Source: Hydrolagus colliei (lineage: Eukaryota). Taken from it: DNA of 64,000 nt. Positions within the stretch are counted from its first letter, which is position 1. The number at the start of each line of letters is the position of its first letter. The translations under genes were made by a program, and so were the position numbers. The stretch is from the NCBI GenBank assembly GCA_035084275.1, contig CM068747.1:21948001-22012000 (forward strand), written 5' to 3'. Positions 52,407-64,000 of this stretch are shown here, in pieces. Below the pieces are notes generated by a model. It worked only from the letters and a program-made list of their open reading frames with translations, searched no databases and was not told the DNA's origin.

Positions 52407-55400
52407 ACGCTATATTAGCACAGATCTCCACAGTTCCACACTTTCTAGGCCTTGTAAAGAATAGCTACTTGCCATGGCTACTGAGCCAATGAGTCACAAG
52501 AGAGGAAAGGGAGAACTTTGAGACATCCTGACAATCTAATAAGGTGCTATAACAAATGGACAAATTATAAGGATTGTTACATATTTTCTGCTGCAACTGA
52601 TACTCAACATCTGGATGGAAATGTATAGGATAACATGGAAAAAGTCATTTTTGCAGGTGCATCATTGCTGTTTTTGTCAGACCATTGGTTTTTTGAACGT
52701 TAACTAACACACCGACTATTGTATTTCTTTGAAGAGGATTTTTGTTGTTGCAGGAAATGGAATTGGAATAAATATTTGCTTCTGTAACAAAACAAAGCTT
52801 AGGCCAGCACACAGAGCATTTCTATATCTATATCTAAATAAATATTTAATGCACAATTCGGCTGCATTGTTCAAACTAAACCCAAAGAGCACAACAGAAT
52901 GTGATTGCCCTCTATAGGGTACTTTTTCAGTGTAATTATAAAAAACACCTCAAGCTAACAATTCCTCAAGTATTTACTCCTTTGTGCATGACATGTACTG
53001 AATCAGTGAAATCACACCTATTATACATTTTTTTTAAATCCTTTCAGTAACTGTGAATATTAATGTATGCATTAAATGTTAAATCATACTCTAGTAAGTT
53101 TGATGTACAGTATATACTGCAATAAGATAGAAGAAATATAATTTCTACCAAAAAATATTCTAATGTTAAAATCAATCAAAAATATAATCACAATATGTTA
53201 TTTTGGTACTGATCGAGCTTTAAGTAGAGTGTGCGACACGTGGAAGTGAGATTCAGACTCTATGTTATGAGATTTATGCTTTTGTCCTAAATTGAGTGGA
53301 AATATTTGAACTACAAGACTTTTGTTTACTATTTTAAAACTAAAATCACGCAGTGTTCCCTTTATTTTTTACACTCCAACCCCATCCAGCTATCTTAATT
53401 CATAGCTACTCCGGCAAGTGAATTTGCAAATAATGGGCAAACTCAAATTTATGGTATAAGCAACAGAATGACATTGTCCAATGTCAAAAGAACCACATTT
53501 CTACTCAAGCACTGTGGAGCAACATCTCAAATGAGCATAATACTTTGTGCGTTTAGACCATTATATTCAAAAAGTCTTGAGTTAATGGCCGTCTTTGTGA
53601 ATTCTTGACATGTGGACTAAAGCAAGATTAGGATTTAACTTGGGCATGTAAAACACTGATTTATTTAACTCCTGATTATACCTCAGCCCAAATTAGCTAC
53701 CACGTTCACCTGCAAATGCACATTTTACAGAATAAACTGGGAAGCACTTTCCAATGCTACAATAATATTTTCTCCCACAAAATAGTCAATTCACTTCATC
53801 ACTATATAAATTCCGTGAGGCACTTTGAGGCATCTCAATGGCGTGATAAAGCACTATATCAAATGCAAGGATTGTTATTATTCATAATATGGTTCCCTCT
53901 GATTTTTCTGTAATCAATTAGTTATCCATGTGTTTCTGTTGTAAATTTCAGCATACAACTCATATACAAAGGATATATAGGAGGTTGAAATTTACAGGGA
54001 AGTGTGTTTCCATAAATGTAATATTCACTGCACCTTAGAATCGCAGAAATGTTAGCAATTGCAGTGAAGGAAGAGTCAATTCAACAACAACAAAATTACA
54101 TTTGTAGAGCGCCTTTCACGTCGGGAGGATGTCCCAAGGTGCTGAAAATCAGCCCATCTAGTCCAACATCCCATGGCACTTAGCCAATATTTTAGTAACC
54201 AGCTCCCCAACTATGCTCTATATCTTTGGTTATACTGTACATATATCAAATTGAAGGATTAGTATTATGATGATTACTATTGTTAAGTGTGTAACAGCCA
54301 TTTGGTATCATGACCAGTATGGTAATAACCGTTATTCTGTTTCTCTGACACCTAAATTCTTGTCATATCAATTTCAGAACTTGTCACAGTAACTCACATG
54401 TCAACCAAGTTATTGTCTGTTCAGCAGGACAATAACAACCAGGCAATAAATTTCCCCACGTTGATTGCACATGTGTAACTTGTAAATATTCCTTCAAAGA
54501 CATGGATTTTGCTATCATATACTGTAATGAGGCCAATTTTCAGAAAATGTCTATTTTTTAAATGACTTTGAAACAATCAGAACTCAAAATATATAACTCT
54601 TCAGAAAATAGTTAGGTATGGACACTTGGTAACGGAAAATATCAGTTATTATTACCTCGGATTATTTTTTTCAGCACTGCTGGTAATGGATTTGAAGCCA
54701 GTAATTTTCTGTTTGAAGGCAGTTTTTCTTTTTTCACACGAACGTACTAATCCTCTTCATTCTCTAGCTGTTCCTACTTATCTTCAAATCAAATTTAATT
54801 TCACCTGCCTCCATAGAGGGATTGCACTCAGGGTTTGAAGGGATTAGTACCCCCGGAAAAGAGATCCACCAATCGACTAACAACCGGATTCCTACTTCCT
54901 GCGAGGAAAACAGGAAACTTCCCCAACTTTTTGCTCTGCTTTGCCTGGATATTCCTCTCGCTAGATAGTAGCTTGTTATCACCAGTAGTAAACTCTTCCA
55001 CCTAAAATCTCGTGCATTTTGCTAAGGTTTTATCTTAGAAAAGCTAAACAATTGGGAGTCAAGCCACCAATCCCCACTGAATTCCCCATTCCTCAACTGT
55101 AGACTCTACACTGTGAGGTAAAACATAATCTTACATTCTATGATTAAAAGATAGAAATCTATAATGAATAAACTGAAACATCAACTACAAACAGGATATA
55201 GCTCCGTGATTTATGTAGTTGGAAAACATTTTTTGATTTTTTTTCAAATAAGCAGCCCACAAACGTGGAGCAGCTATTTAGTTCTGTTAAATATCAGTTA
55301 GAAACCTGTCTTTTATTTTCAGGTAATATTTTCAGCGTGAAAGATGAGAGACCAATATATGCTTTATTGTTTGATTTAGTCACATAACTCTCATTAATCT

Positions 55401-56789
55401 TCAATAGTTCTACATGATTCATAACTTTCATATATTCATTCTGTGATAGTGAATATTCTCAAACATTCAGAATAATCTAATGAAAATACTGTACTGAAAG
55501 GCTTAACAAGGTTTAACTTACTTTTCAATAAATCTACATTTCCGTGCACCTGTCTGATATGCATTTCATTTATATTTCTAATATGGACAACTAATTGTGC
55601 TGACATTAAAAATAAGTCAGTAATTAAGTGAAAATAGTACTTATTGACTAGTTCTTTATTCCTATTCAACAAATTACAAAAAATCCTTTTGATTAACCTT
55701 TATGCCCCTTCATACACATCCAATAATATAATGATAACCCTTATATTTGATATAAAGCCTTTCACAACAAGAGCAACTTGCGAGGATGTCCCAAAACGCT
55801 TCTCAGGACATTCTGTGAGACACAATGAACGTGTGTTCGGGGGCTAATATATATATACACATACATATGTATACAAATACAGTACACAGAAATATATGGC
55901 AATCACTGCATGTGCAAATTAAGCTGTGCTAAGGTAACCTAATCGACACTGTCCTTCACAAAACTATCACAAAATGTGTTGACCCACACCTGTTTCACAT
56001 CAGTTCTCTGTGTCCACTCCCCTCCAGTCCAGTGTGATATTAATTGTGTTTAAAACGTCACCCTTTGCATTTATCTCCCAAATTTTGTCAATTATTTTAA
56101 CCACCTACTTTCTTCCATCTGGCCAAGCCATACTGTGACCATGGTGAAGCACAATGTTTAATGCTACCCATCAGTTTACCTGCTGTTTCCTGAATCTGCT
56201 AGTTTAAGATTACACTGTAAAATATCAGGCATGAAATCCAAATGACCAGATGGCAAAACTAGCAGGAAATAAGTTATCATCTCGGAGAAATCCACCTTAT
56301 CTCCACAATGTCAGGAGTAGGACAGATTGACAAATGTCAAATTCAACTTAGGAGGAATGATTTTTTGAACAAATGTGAGTCTTTCAAGTCGAGAATTGCC
56401 TGCTGTGTTAAATAATGCAAGCATGATCGACTAGATGCTTAAAAAGTCGTTTAGAACCTTGGGTGCCTATGGAACCAAAGTAAATCTTGTTGTGTAACCC
56501 TCTAATGTCAAATTATTTTGTAAATTGTTCAAAACACATTGACATCTTGTCAATGAAAGCTCTGGATGATTGAAGAATAGGAATATTTTCTTTGTTTAAT
56601 TTACTACTTGCATGTGGAGGCAACCTACTGCGATAACAACCTCCTGCTGGCAACTGATACCAAAGCTCTGCTTTCACTAGCTCCAGAGAACGTGGTAACG
56701 CGAATGGAAACTTCAAATTCTGAGTAAAATCAAAATGATTTTCTAATATACCACTTCTGCCATAAGCACTGATGGTTTGACTACAGGCT

Positions 56790-57567
56790 AAATGCTGACA
56801 TCAGGGCGAATGTTGGTCACGTTTCCTTACTCCACACGCCTCTGTTTACCCAGCAGTAATGTAGGAACTCGGTTGTTAGTCAATTGGCAGATTGCTTTTC
56901 CGGGGATAATAATCCTTCCAGAAAAAATATATATTTTAAAAAATAATAACAATTTGGTCACTCAATCCACAACCGTTTGTGGGACACTGCTGTGCACAAT
57001 TGGCTGCCGCAATTCGCCCACAAAACATACAGTCAATTCACTTTACAGTATTTTTTGTGAAGGCTTTTGAGATGTCACACAACCTGCGCAATATTGCCCA
57101 ACTCTGCCAGTGCCTCACCCCTCAGGCCGCCGAAACCCTCATACACGCATTTGTCACCTCTCCGCTCTCCAACTCTTCCCTCCACAAGCTGCAGATCATC
57201 TAAAACTGCAGCTCATGTCCTCTCCCGCACAACGCCCCGTGATCCCATTAGCCCCAATTTCACACACTGGCTCCCCATCCTTCAGAGGATAGAATTCAAG
57301 ATCCTTCAAGGCCCGACACAAGACTCTCCTTTTCGACCGTGCCTTTAGCCTCCCCGCTATCTCTGCGCCCTCCTTCATGCAAACCCTGCCGCTCCCACCG
57401 AACCCCCCCTACCCTCACCCTCACCACCCTGTTCGGGTCCTGACCCCTGACTGTTCAGTGCCTCGGGATGCCCTCCCAACTTGAAAGGCGCTCTACAAAT
57501 AGAATTTTGTTGTTGTTGTCTCAAAGATATGTTAAGGTGATTTATCAAATGCAAGGATTATTATTAT
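56790..57567 (+). mobile_element. Long-subfamily SINE (56790-57076 plus 57520-57567) split by an L2 3' fragment (57077-57519)
   Basis: The SINE stops at TTTGAGATGTC; L2 ORF2-end and 3' UTR follow to (TTG)n; the SINE tail resumes ..TATCAAATGCAAGGATTATT. Confidence 0.82.
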
Positions 57568-58220
57568 CTGATGTAGACTATGTCACCAAAATGCTGCTCA
57601 TCTCTAGTCACTAAATATTCACAGTAACAGTCACTGACCTAGACTAGAAGTTGAGAATGACACATTGCCTGTTTGATAACTGGTTTATGAAATGCAAATC
57701 CCCTCCAGGCATATTTGAAGTCTTACCTGCAGTAATCAGGAGTAGGAACCTCAGCTCACTACCAGCTCAGAGACGCGGGGGCCATTTGTATCATTCCCCA
57801 TTCCTGACACAGTACACCCCCAGCTACAATCTCTTAGCTCTTATGTCTGTCTGTCTGACTGACTGACTGACTTACTTACTTATTGTCTGAAACAATGACT
57901 GTCAAGGTCCTTAGGACTTCCTCCTGACGTGAAAGGCTATACAAATGTAATTTTGTTGTTGTTTTTGTTACTTATTGACTGATCAGAATCACAAATTGCT
58001 GATCTTCAGTTCACCTGAATTGTATTGAAAGTTTTAAATATTGAAAATAGTGTACACAGTAATGTTAGATTGTTCCATTTGATGTTAATGTAAATGGTCT
58101 GGCTTCTAAATGAGTGGGTACCAGGCACAAATATATTAGAAGCTCATATTGTATTATTTAAAATGTTTTCAAATTGTGTGAGTGACCTATATTCACTTTA
58201 TTTTGATTCTTTTAAATTCA

Positions 58221-58640
58221 TAATAATAATTGTTGGATTTCATATAGTGCAATATCAACAACAACAACAACTTGGATTTATATAGCGCCCTCCACGCCAG
58301 ACAGCGTCTCAGAGCGCTTCACAGTTGCGGATCCCGGGACCGAGCCTGGGGCAGGGGTAGAAAGGTGACAAAAGGCACGGTCACAGAGAAAGGTTTTTAA
58401 TTGTGACCTGAAACTGGGAAGAGACGGGGCGAGGTGAAGGGAGTGAGGAAGGGAGTTCCAGAGCCTTGGTCTTCAAGACAACTCAAAGCGCTTCACAGAA
58501 TATCCTGAAAAGTGATAGGCTGTATATTTTGTGAGTGAAACACAGCAGCTAATTGAACACAATTGAGTGACCAAATTTTTTTTTTTTTAAAGGAATTATC
58601 ACTCCTATAAAAGTGATCTGCCACTCAACTAACAATCAAG
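58221..58640 (-). mobile_element. Minus-strand SINE (58221-58250 plus 58469-58640) split by an L2 fragment of a second family (58256-58468)
   Basis: The L2-B tail CAACAACTTGGATTTATATAGCGCCCTCC..GCGTCTCAGAGCGCTTCACAG..GCGGATCCCGGGACCGAGCC lies between two pieces of the SINE tail. Confidence 0.75.
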
Positions 58641-59427
58641 TAAGGAGTTAAATCTCATTGAAGTAAACCAAGTTGATGACAACCTCCATTTTGACAGAAG
58701 CTTTTCAATTGAATAGTTAGTATTCACAAACTACTGAATATTAGATTAAATTGAGTTGATTTAAACATTTGGATCACCAAATGGATCTGACAGCCTGAGA
58801 TAGCAATGAGGAAGTCACAATGTATTGTCTGGTTAGGTCCATAATGTGGGCTAAATATGCTACTATACTGATAGTCAACAACAACAAATTACATTTGTGT
58901 AGCGCCTTTCATGTCAGGGGGATGTCCCAAGGTGCATGGACAAGAGTTCTGGGACGCTAACCTACATGAAGGGTGTTATACAAATGCAAGTTGTTATTGT
59001 ACTATTCGTACAATTCCGAGCAATGCGTTAATTTGTGCCACTTCAATTTGTGTACTTCTCTTTGAAATGTTTTGCTTTTATGGAGTTACAGTCCATTTAA
59101 TAATAATCCTTTCATTTGATTTAGCACCTTATCGCTTTGTTAGGTGTCTCAAATTCCATCATAGGATTGATTGACTGTGAAGTGATGTGTGCAAATTTTG
59201 TTGGCAAAAACATTTAGCACTAGACTATCTCACAAAGAGTCAACTAGCAGCTTTCGATCCATCACATATTTTAGCTTGGTCTCAATTTGGATACTTGTTG
59301 AACTCCTGTATGTTATGAATTTACAATGTGCTACTGTGAAACATTTACATCTATAGTATGAGTGAGGCAGTTTTTTTTTAAAAGGCAGGTGAGTTATGAA
59401 TTTTGAATAGTTTGTATTTTTAGGTCG

Positions 59428-59796
59428 TAGTGTCCGGCGATATATCGATATATCGGTTATATTGGTATAATTTTTCATATCAATATGCTGATATTGGAAA
59501 TTTGAATATATCGGTATATTGAAAAATTTGGTATATTAAAAAAATCGGTATATCACAAAACATCGGTATATAGTGTCCAGCAATATATCGATATATTGGT
59601 TATATCAGGATAATACAAACTTTTTCAACTTACTTTGTCACCGGCATTGCAAACCTCCTGGGCCTAGAGCACGCATATCGGAATGCGCAAGCATACACAG
59701 GATAAACAAAACCTGGTAATATCGATATATCGGTATATATCGACATGAGCCCACCGATATATCGATATCGGAAAATTTCCATATCGACGGACCCTA
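59428..59796. mobile_element. hAT-superfamily MITE, 369 bp
   Basis: Imperfect TIRs TAGTGTCCGGCGATAT / ATATCGACGGACCCTA; 8-bp TSD TTAGGTCG (59420-27) / TTAGGTCA (59797-804); many subterminal CGATAT/ATATCG motifs. Confidence 0.85.
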
Positions 59797-60504
59797 TTAG
59801 GTCATTTTACGTGCGATAAGGTGAAAGTGATGCATACCATTTCTGTCTCCTGCCATAACATGGTATAACCCTTGTAAATAATAACCCAGAACACAAATGT
59901 CAGCTTCAAAAGTGCTCAAAAGTCACTTTTCACATCAATGGATGGATTGTTCTATTCAAATGTACCATTAAATTAGAGCAGAAGTACAGGTTTACGGCTC
60001 CATATTGATCAATAAACAATTAAGGGTAAATTCCAAGTTCAAATGATAGAATTATTTGGTCAAAACGAATCACAAATGAATCTTTGGTGTTTGTTACAAT
60101 ACAGTGCTGATGTACATCATGAAAATGTTTCAAACATTGACTTTTTTGTATACTCAGAGGGCAATGGTTTGTGAACAGTTTTAAAATACTTACTCTTTAT
60201 ATGGCTGAACAAGGACTAAGACCTTGAATACTTAAACTGTCAGTGTATTACATGGTTCACAGAAAGATAACAAAGGGTAAATTGTGAACAGTGATGGTGT
60301 ATTATTTTTGAACCATGAATCAAGCTGCTCGTCATGTGTGATCAACATGGGATTTTTTTACCGTTTTGAAAAAGATGGTGGTGTTTTGCACAATATATAT
60401 TTTATAGCTGGAATTTGAGCTGTTTTTGTGACACATATCCAGTATGAAGAGCAGAAGACAATTAAAAATTAACCTTAAAGCTATGAGCCACATGGTATGA
60501 GCCA

Positions 60505-60965
60505 AAGTTCGCTCCCCGATTACCTACCCCAGTCATTGCCAAACTTCACTGGCTCCCTTTCCCGGAGAGGATTGATTTCAAGATCCTCAATCTTGTTTTC
60601 AACTCTCTCCACTCCTCTGCACCCCCCTATATCTCTTACTTCCTCTCTCCCCAACACACAGCACCCGTTGCCTTCGCTCCTCCGGTTCTGTTCTTCTCCA
60701 TGTCCCCCAAATCCTCTGTTCCACTATCGCCAGCCGTGCCTTCAGCCACTATGCCCTGAAGCTCTGGAACTCCCTTCCTCACTTCCTTCGCCTCTCCCCC
60801 TCTCTTTCTAGTTTCAGGTCTCAGCTGAAGACCTTTCTTTTCAACCAGGCCTTCGGTCACCTTTTTCCCCCTCCCCTGGCTCGGGCCTGGGATCCGCGAT
60901 TGTGAAGTGCTCTGAGACACCGTCCAGCATGGAGGATGCTATACAAATCAAAGTTGTTGTTGTTG
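60505..60965 (+). mobile_element. L2 LINE (second family) 3' fragment
   Basis: Decayed LHWLP..RIDFKIL peptide; tail GGATCCGCGATTGTGAAGTGCTCTGAGAC..AAAGTTGTTGTTG. Confidence 0.85.
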
Positions 60966-60989
60966 GTGGTACGTGGTATATGCCAAACT

Positions 60990-61295
60990 TAACAACAGCA
61001 AAATTACATTTGTAAAGCAGCTTTCACATCAAGAGATCGTCCCAAGACACTGAACAGTCGGAGTTCAGGACCCAAGTGGGGGGGGGGGGGGGGGGGGGGG
61101 GCAGGATGAGGTAGGAGGGCAGCTGAAGGCACAGTCGAAAAGGAGGGTTTTGAGTCGTGCCTTGAAGGAGAGACAAGGGGCAAGGGAGGGAGCAAGGCCA
61201 AGGGATTGTGGACTGGAGTTCCAAGGAGTGGTGGCAGAGAGGCTGAAATCCTGGCCGCTGATGGCCGGGTGGGAGACATGGACTAGGCTGGATGG
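60990..61295 (-). mobile_element. L2 LINE (first family) 3' fragment containing a G24 run (61078-61101)
   Basis: Reverse complement of a 4980-5261-like sequence; tail-to-tail with the preceding L2. Confidence 0.85.
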
Positions 61296-61810
61296 AACTT
61301 GTATAATAACATAAACCTATAGAAGCTCAAGAATAAGAAGATCAAGTCAACTTGAATCTCTTCTTAGTAATCATGGAAAGAAGCAGAATGCCTTCTAAAC
61401 TGGATGGTCAATTTGGTAAGTGTGTAGAATTGATGACGGGATTAGAGAAGGATAGAAATTATGGATAAGGAAAGCGCATTTAGCATATTATATGGAACCT
61501 GAATTGCCGTGACCTCTTCCATTAATGCCTTATGAGGAAGTTTCAATAAACACAAGTAAAACTTCTAAGAATGTAAAATTCCTATAATGGAAAATTCCTA
61601 AAATATAAAATTCTGCCTCTGAAAATGATTACATTTAAACTTTAGGATATCGGTTTAACATTATGTAATCCAAATTACATTCCTGTTGATCCAATGAGAC
61701 TGGAATGGTAGTGTTGAAGTATTTGAGTATTTATCAGCATCTATGCAAAATCTTGATATGGCTCTTGAACCTACCATCCTTCTAGTGGTATACAACTAAA
61801 TCAGCCAGGC

Positions 61811-61945
61811 TACAACAACAACAACTTTGATTTATATAGCGCCCTCCATGCTGGATGGCGTCTCAGAGCGCTTCACAGTAGCGGATCCCGGGACCGAGCC
61901 AGGGGCAGGGGTAGAAAGGTGACTAAAGGCGCGGTCGAAGAGAAA
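61811..61945 (-). mobile_element. L2 (second family) short 3' end
   Basis: Near identical to 58256-58390. Confidence 0.85.
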
Positions 61946-63109
61946 ATGACCAATTATATTTTAATGTTTTAATCCAGTAATATTATGTTTACCACCTTGG
62001 TGTCCCATCAAATATGAACCAGCCATCTAACCACCCAATTGCACTTTTATATCTAATCAGACCATTATTTGCAAGTTAAAATGATCACCAGATAGATAAT
62101 CAGGAATGTATTTGTTTGCAATCAGTGCTATAAACTGTTTAAACCTATTGCTGTTACTGCTTACTTGCTGAATATTGCTCTGAGTCCAACTGCAAAATTA
62201 AATCCACTCTATAATTAAATATGGCAATTAATTCAGCACAAGCAAATGAATCTGGAGTTATCCTCTGCTTCACATACAGGAGTGAAAGCCCTTTGTCCTC
62301 CATGGTGAACTATTTTCATAAGTGAGTGTGTGGTCTTACACAGAGAATAAAACATTAGCAGTTGTGCCTAACAACAGCTATAAAAACTGTAATGCATTCC
62401 CCAAGTTCTGCTGACTATCAGAGATTCATGAACAAAACCAAAGTGCTTTATAAATTCATTAGTCCTTCAAGGGTGTTACAGCCTCCACGCTGTGATATCC
62501 TTTGGTGTGTTTTTTACACACACACAATGCGTTGCAGTTTCTACATTTTACAAGGACTTGGGAGTTCTCTAGCTGTTGCCTGAATATGTTAAGCCTACCA
62601 TTGAATCTTTCTGTGACAGTTGACATGCTTTACAGCATAATAATAAGTGCTGCTAATTATAGGGTTACGCAACCGGGAAGAATAGACTTTACCGTATAAA
62701 TGCAACATCAGAGGCTAGTAACACGCAATGTTTTATTTTATTTACTTTCGCGGTGTTGTGTACAAAATGTTGCCGAAATTTTTTAAAGGATATGTATAAA
62801 GGCAAACAGTTTGCAAGTTTCCCAAATGGACTTTGAAAACACATCCCTATATTCCTTATATTTACTCACTGAGCAATACTCAGCTCTTAATGGCTCGAAA
62901 ACCACTCCATACCATACAATTCCAAATTATATTTGGATAGCACCTTTCACGTTGGGATGATGTCCCAAGGCGCTGGACTATCAGGCATTTGGACCTGAGA
63001 TGGGGGCCAGGATCGGGGAGGATGGACAAAGGAATGAAGGAAAAACAAATCACATATGAGCAAAGAGGAAAACTCCCAGATCCTTGTAGACAAAAATCAT
63101 TGAGTAACC

Positions 63110-63289
63110 CAATTGTTTTAATTTAGCCTGAGAAAAGCAATCCACCAATTGACTAACAACCAGGTTCCTACTTACTGCTAGGTATACAGAAGGGCGTGAA
63201 GTAAGGAAACTTGCCTGACATTTCCCAGGAATCAACCCTCGTAATCTCACTAGCGAGGCGAGGTCTCTAACCACTGAGTTGCAGGACTC
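63110..63289 (-). mobile_element. CmiSINE-like SINE, long subfamily, 5' half
   Basis: Reverse complement of the head plus the long insert; a similar piece lies at 54840-54950. Confidence 0.78.
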
Positions 63290-63539
63290 GAATAGTTTCG
63301 CTTTGAATAACTCTTGCTTTCCCTCATTGATATTATTTCTCTTCCAAATGCTTTTAAGTGTTTTCAGGCTGCAGTTTGTAGCCCCGAGCGATGCCTGCTC
63401 TAATCTCATTCATACACCCACTATCATCATCATGATTAATCTTCCTCCCGGAGCACTTACCAGACTGATCAGGGCCTCCGTCCTCCTCGTTTTAATGTCC
63501 TGACACCCTCATTTTACTCCCTGTCACCAACGGCTTAAT

Positions 63540-63990
63540 ATCTGTCATCATTGCCAAATGTTTAACTTGGCCATTTCATTTCTCAGAGTCAAATGACTCA
63601 GTACTTCCAGTCAGTAGATCAATATCAGCAGTGAAACTGTGATTTGAAATCATCCCTCCATTTACACTCACTCCACCTTCCCTAAATTGTCTTAACTCTT
63701 TTCAGAAACCATTACTAAGAAATAGATGATAACCAGCAACCTTGCCTAACTCAGACTGTTGTAGAGCCACTCAAAAAAGCTCTCCACTAAGTATTATTGC
63801 AGAACATTTTGATAATGATAATGTGCTTTGAGGATACTGATGGGTTTTTCAAGTGCACCACAATTTCTAAGGACATTCTAAAGTGGTTTGCCACAAGGCT
63901 CTCAAAAGCCTTTTGGAAATCAACAAAATTGTGACACAATCTCAAATTGCGATCGATGTCCTTTGCTGACAACAGGCAAGGGAGAAAAAT
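63540..63990 (-). mobile_element. Old RTE-like LINE reverse transcriptase fragment
   Basis: Collinear decayed RT motifs on the minus strand: LCHNFVDFQKAFES (about 63890-63940), STTV*VRQGCWLS (about 63725-63765), GGVSVNGGMISNHSFTADIDLL (about 63610-63680; consensus NLRFADDIDL). Confidence 0.75.
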
Positions 63991-64000
63991 TTGCTCTGTG

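Overview
Vertebrate genomic DNA, AT-rich and dense in repeats. The SINE and LINE content points to a cartilaginous fish, most likely a holocephalan (chimaera or elephant shark type); this is inferred from recalled SINE families, not from a search. One protein-coding gene is supported: a minus-strand ZNF804A orthologue. It has exon 2 (38622-38765, C2H2 zinc finger), exon 3 (16739-16869) and a large last exon (CDS 12018-15477), all with canonical, phase-compatible GT-AG junctions. Exon 1 was not found and probably lies beyond 64000. The rest is intron and downstream sequence. It holds about 25 copies or fragments of a tRNA-head/CORE-like/Deu-like SINE, older SacSINE1-like SINEs, many L2 LINE 3' ends, one young 5'-truncated CR1 LINE with an uninterrupted ORF2, an old RTE-like RT fragment, two Tigger/pogo-like MITEs, one hAT MITE and tandem repeats. 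I see no evidence of a wholly new gene system. The most interesting signals are: (i) three independent LINE insertions into the same ~10 nt of the SINE 3' hairpin; (ii) a competing out-of-frame splice acceptor on the last ZNF804A exon; (iii) paralogue-like, probably ancestral, C-terminal motifs in this ZNF804A; and (iv) a SINE broken by a local inversion. Repeat boundaries were read by eye and are approximate unless TIRs or TSDs are quoted.
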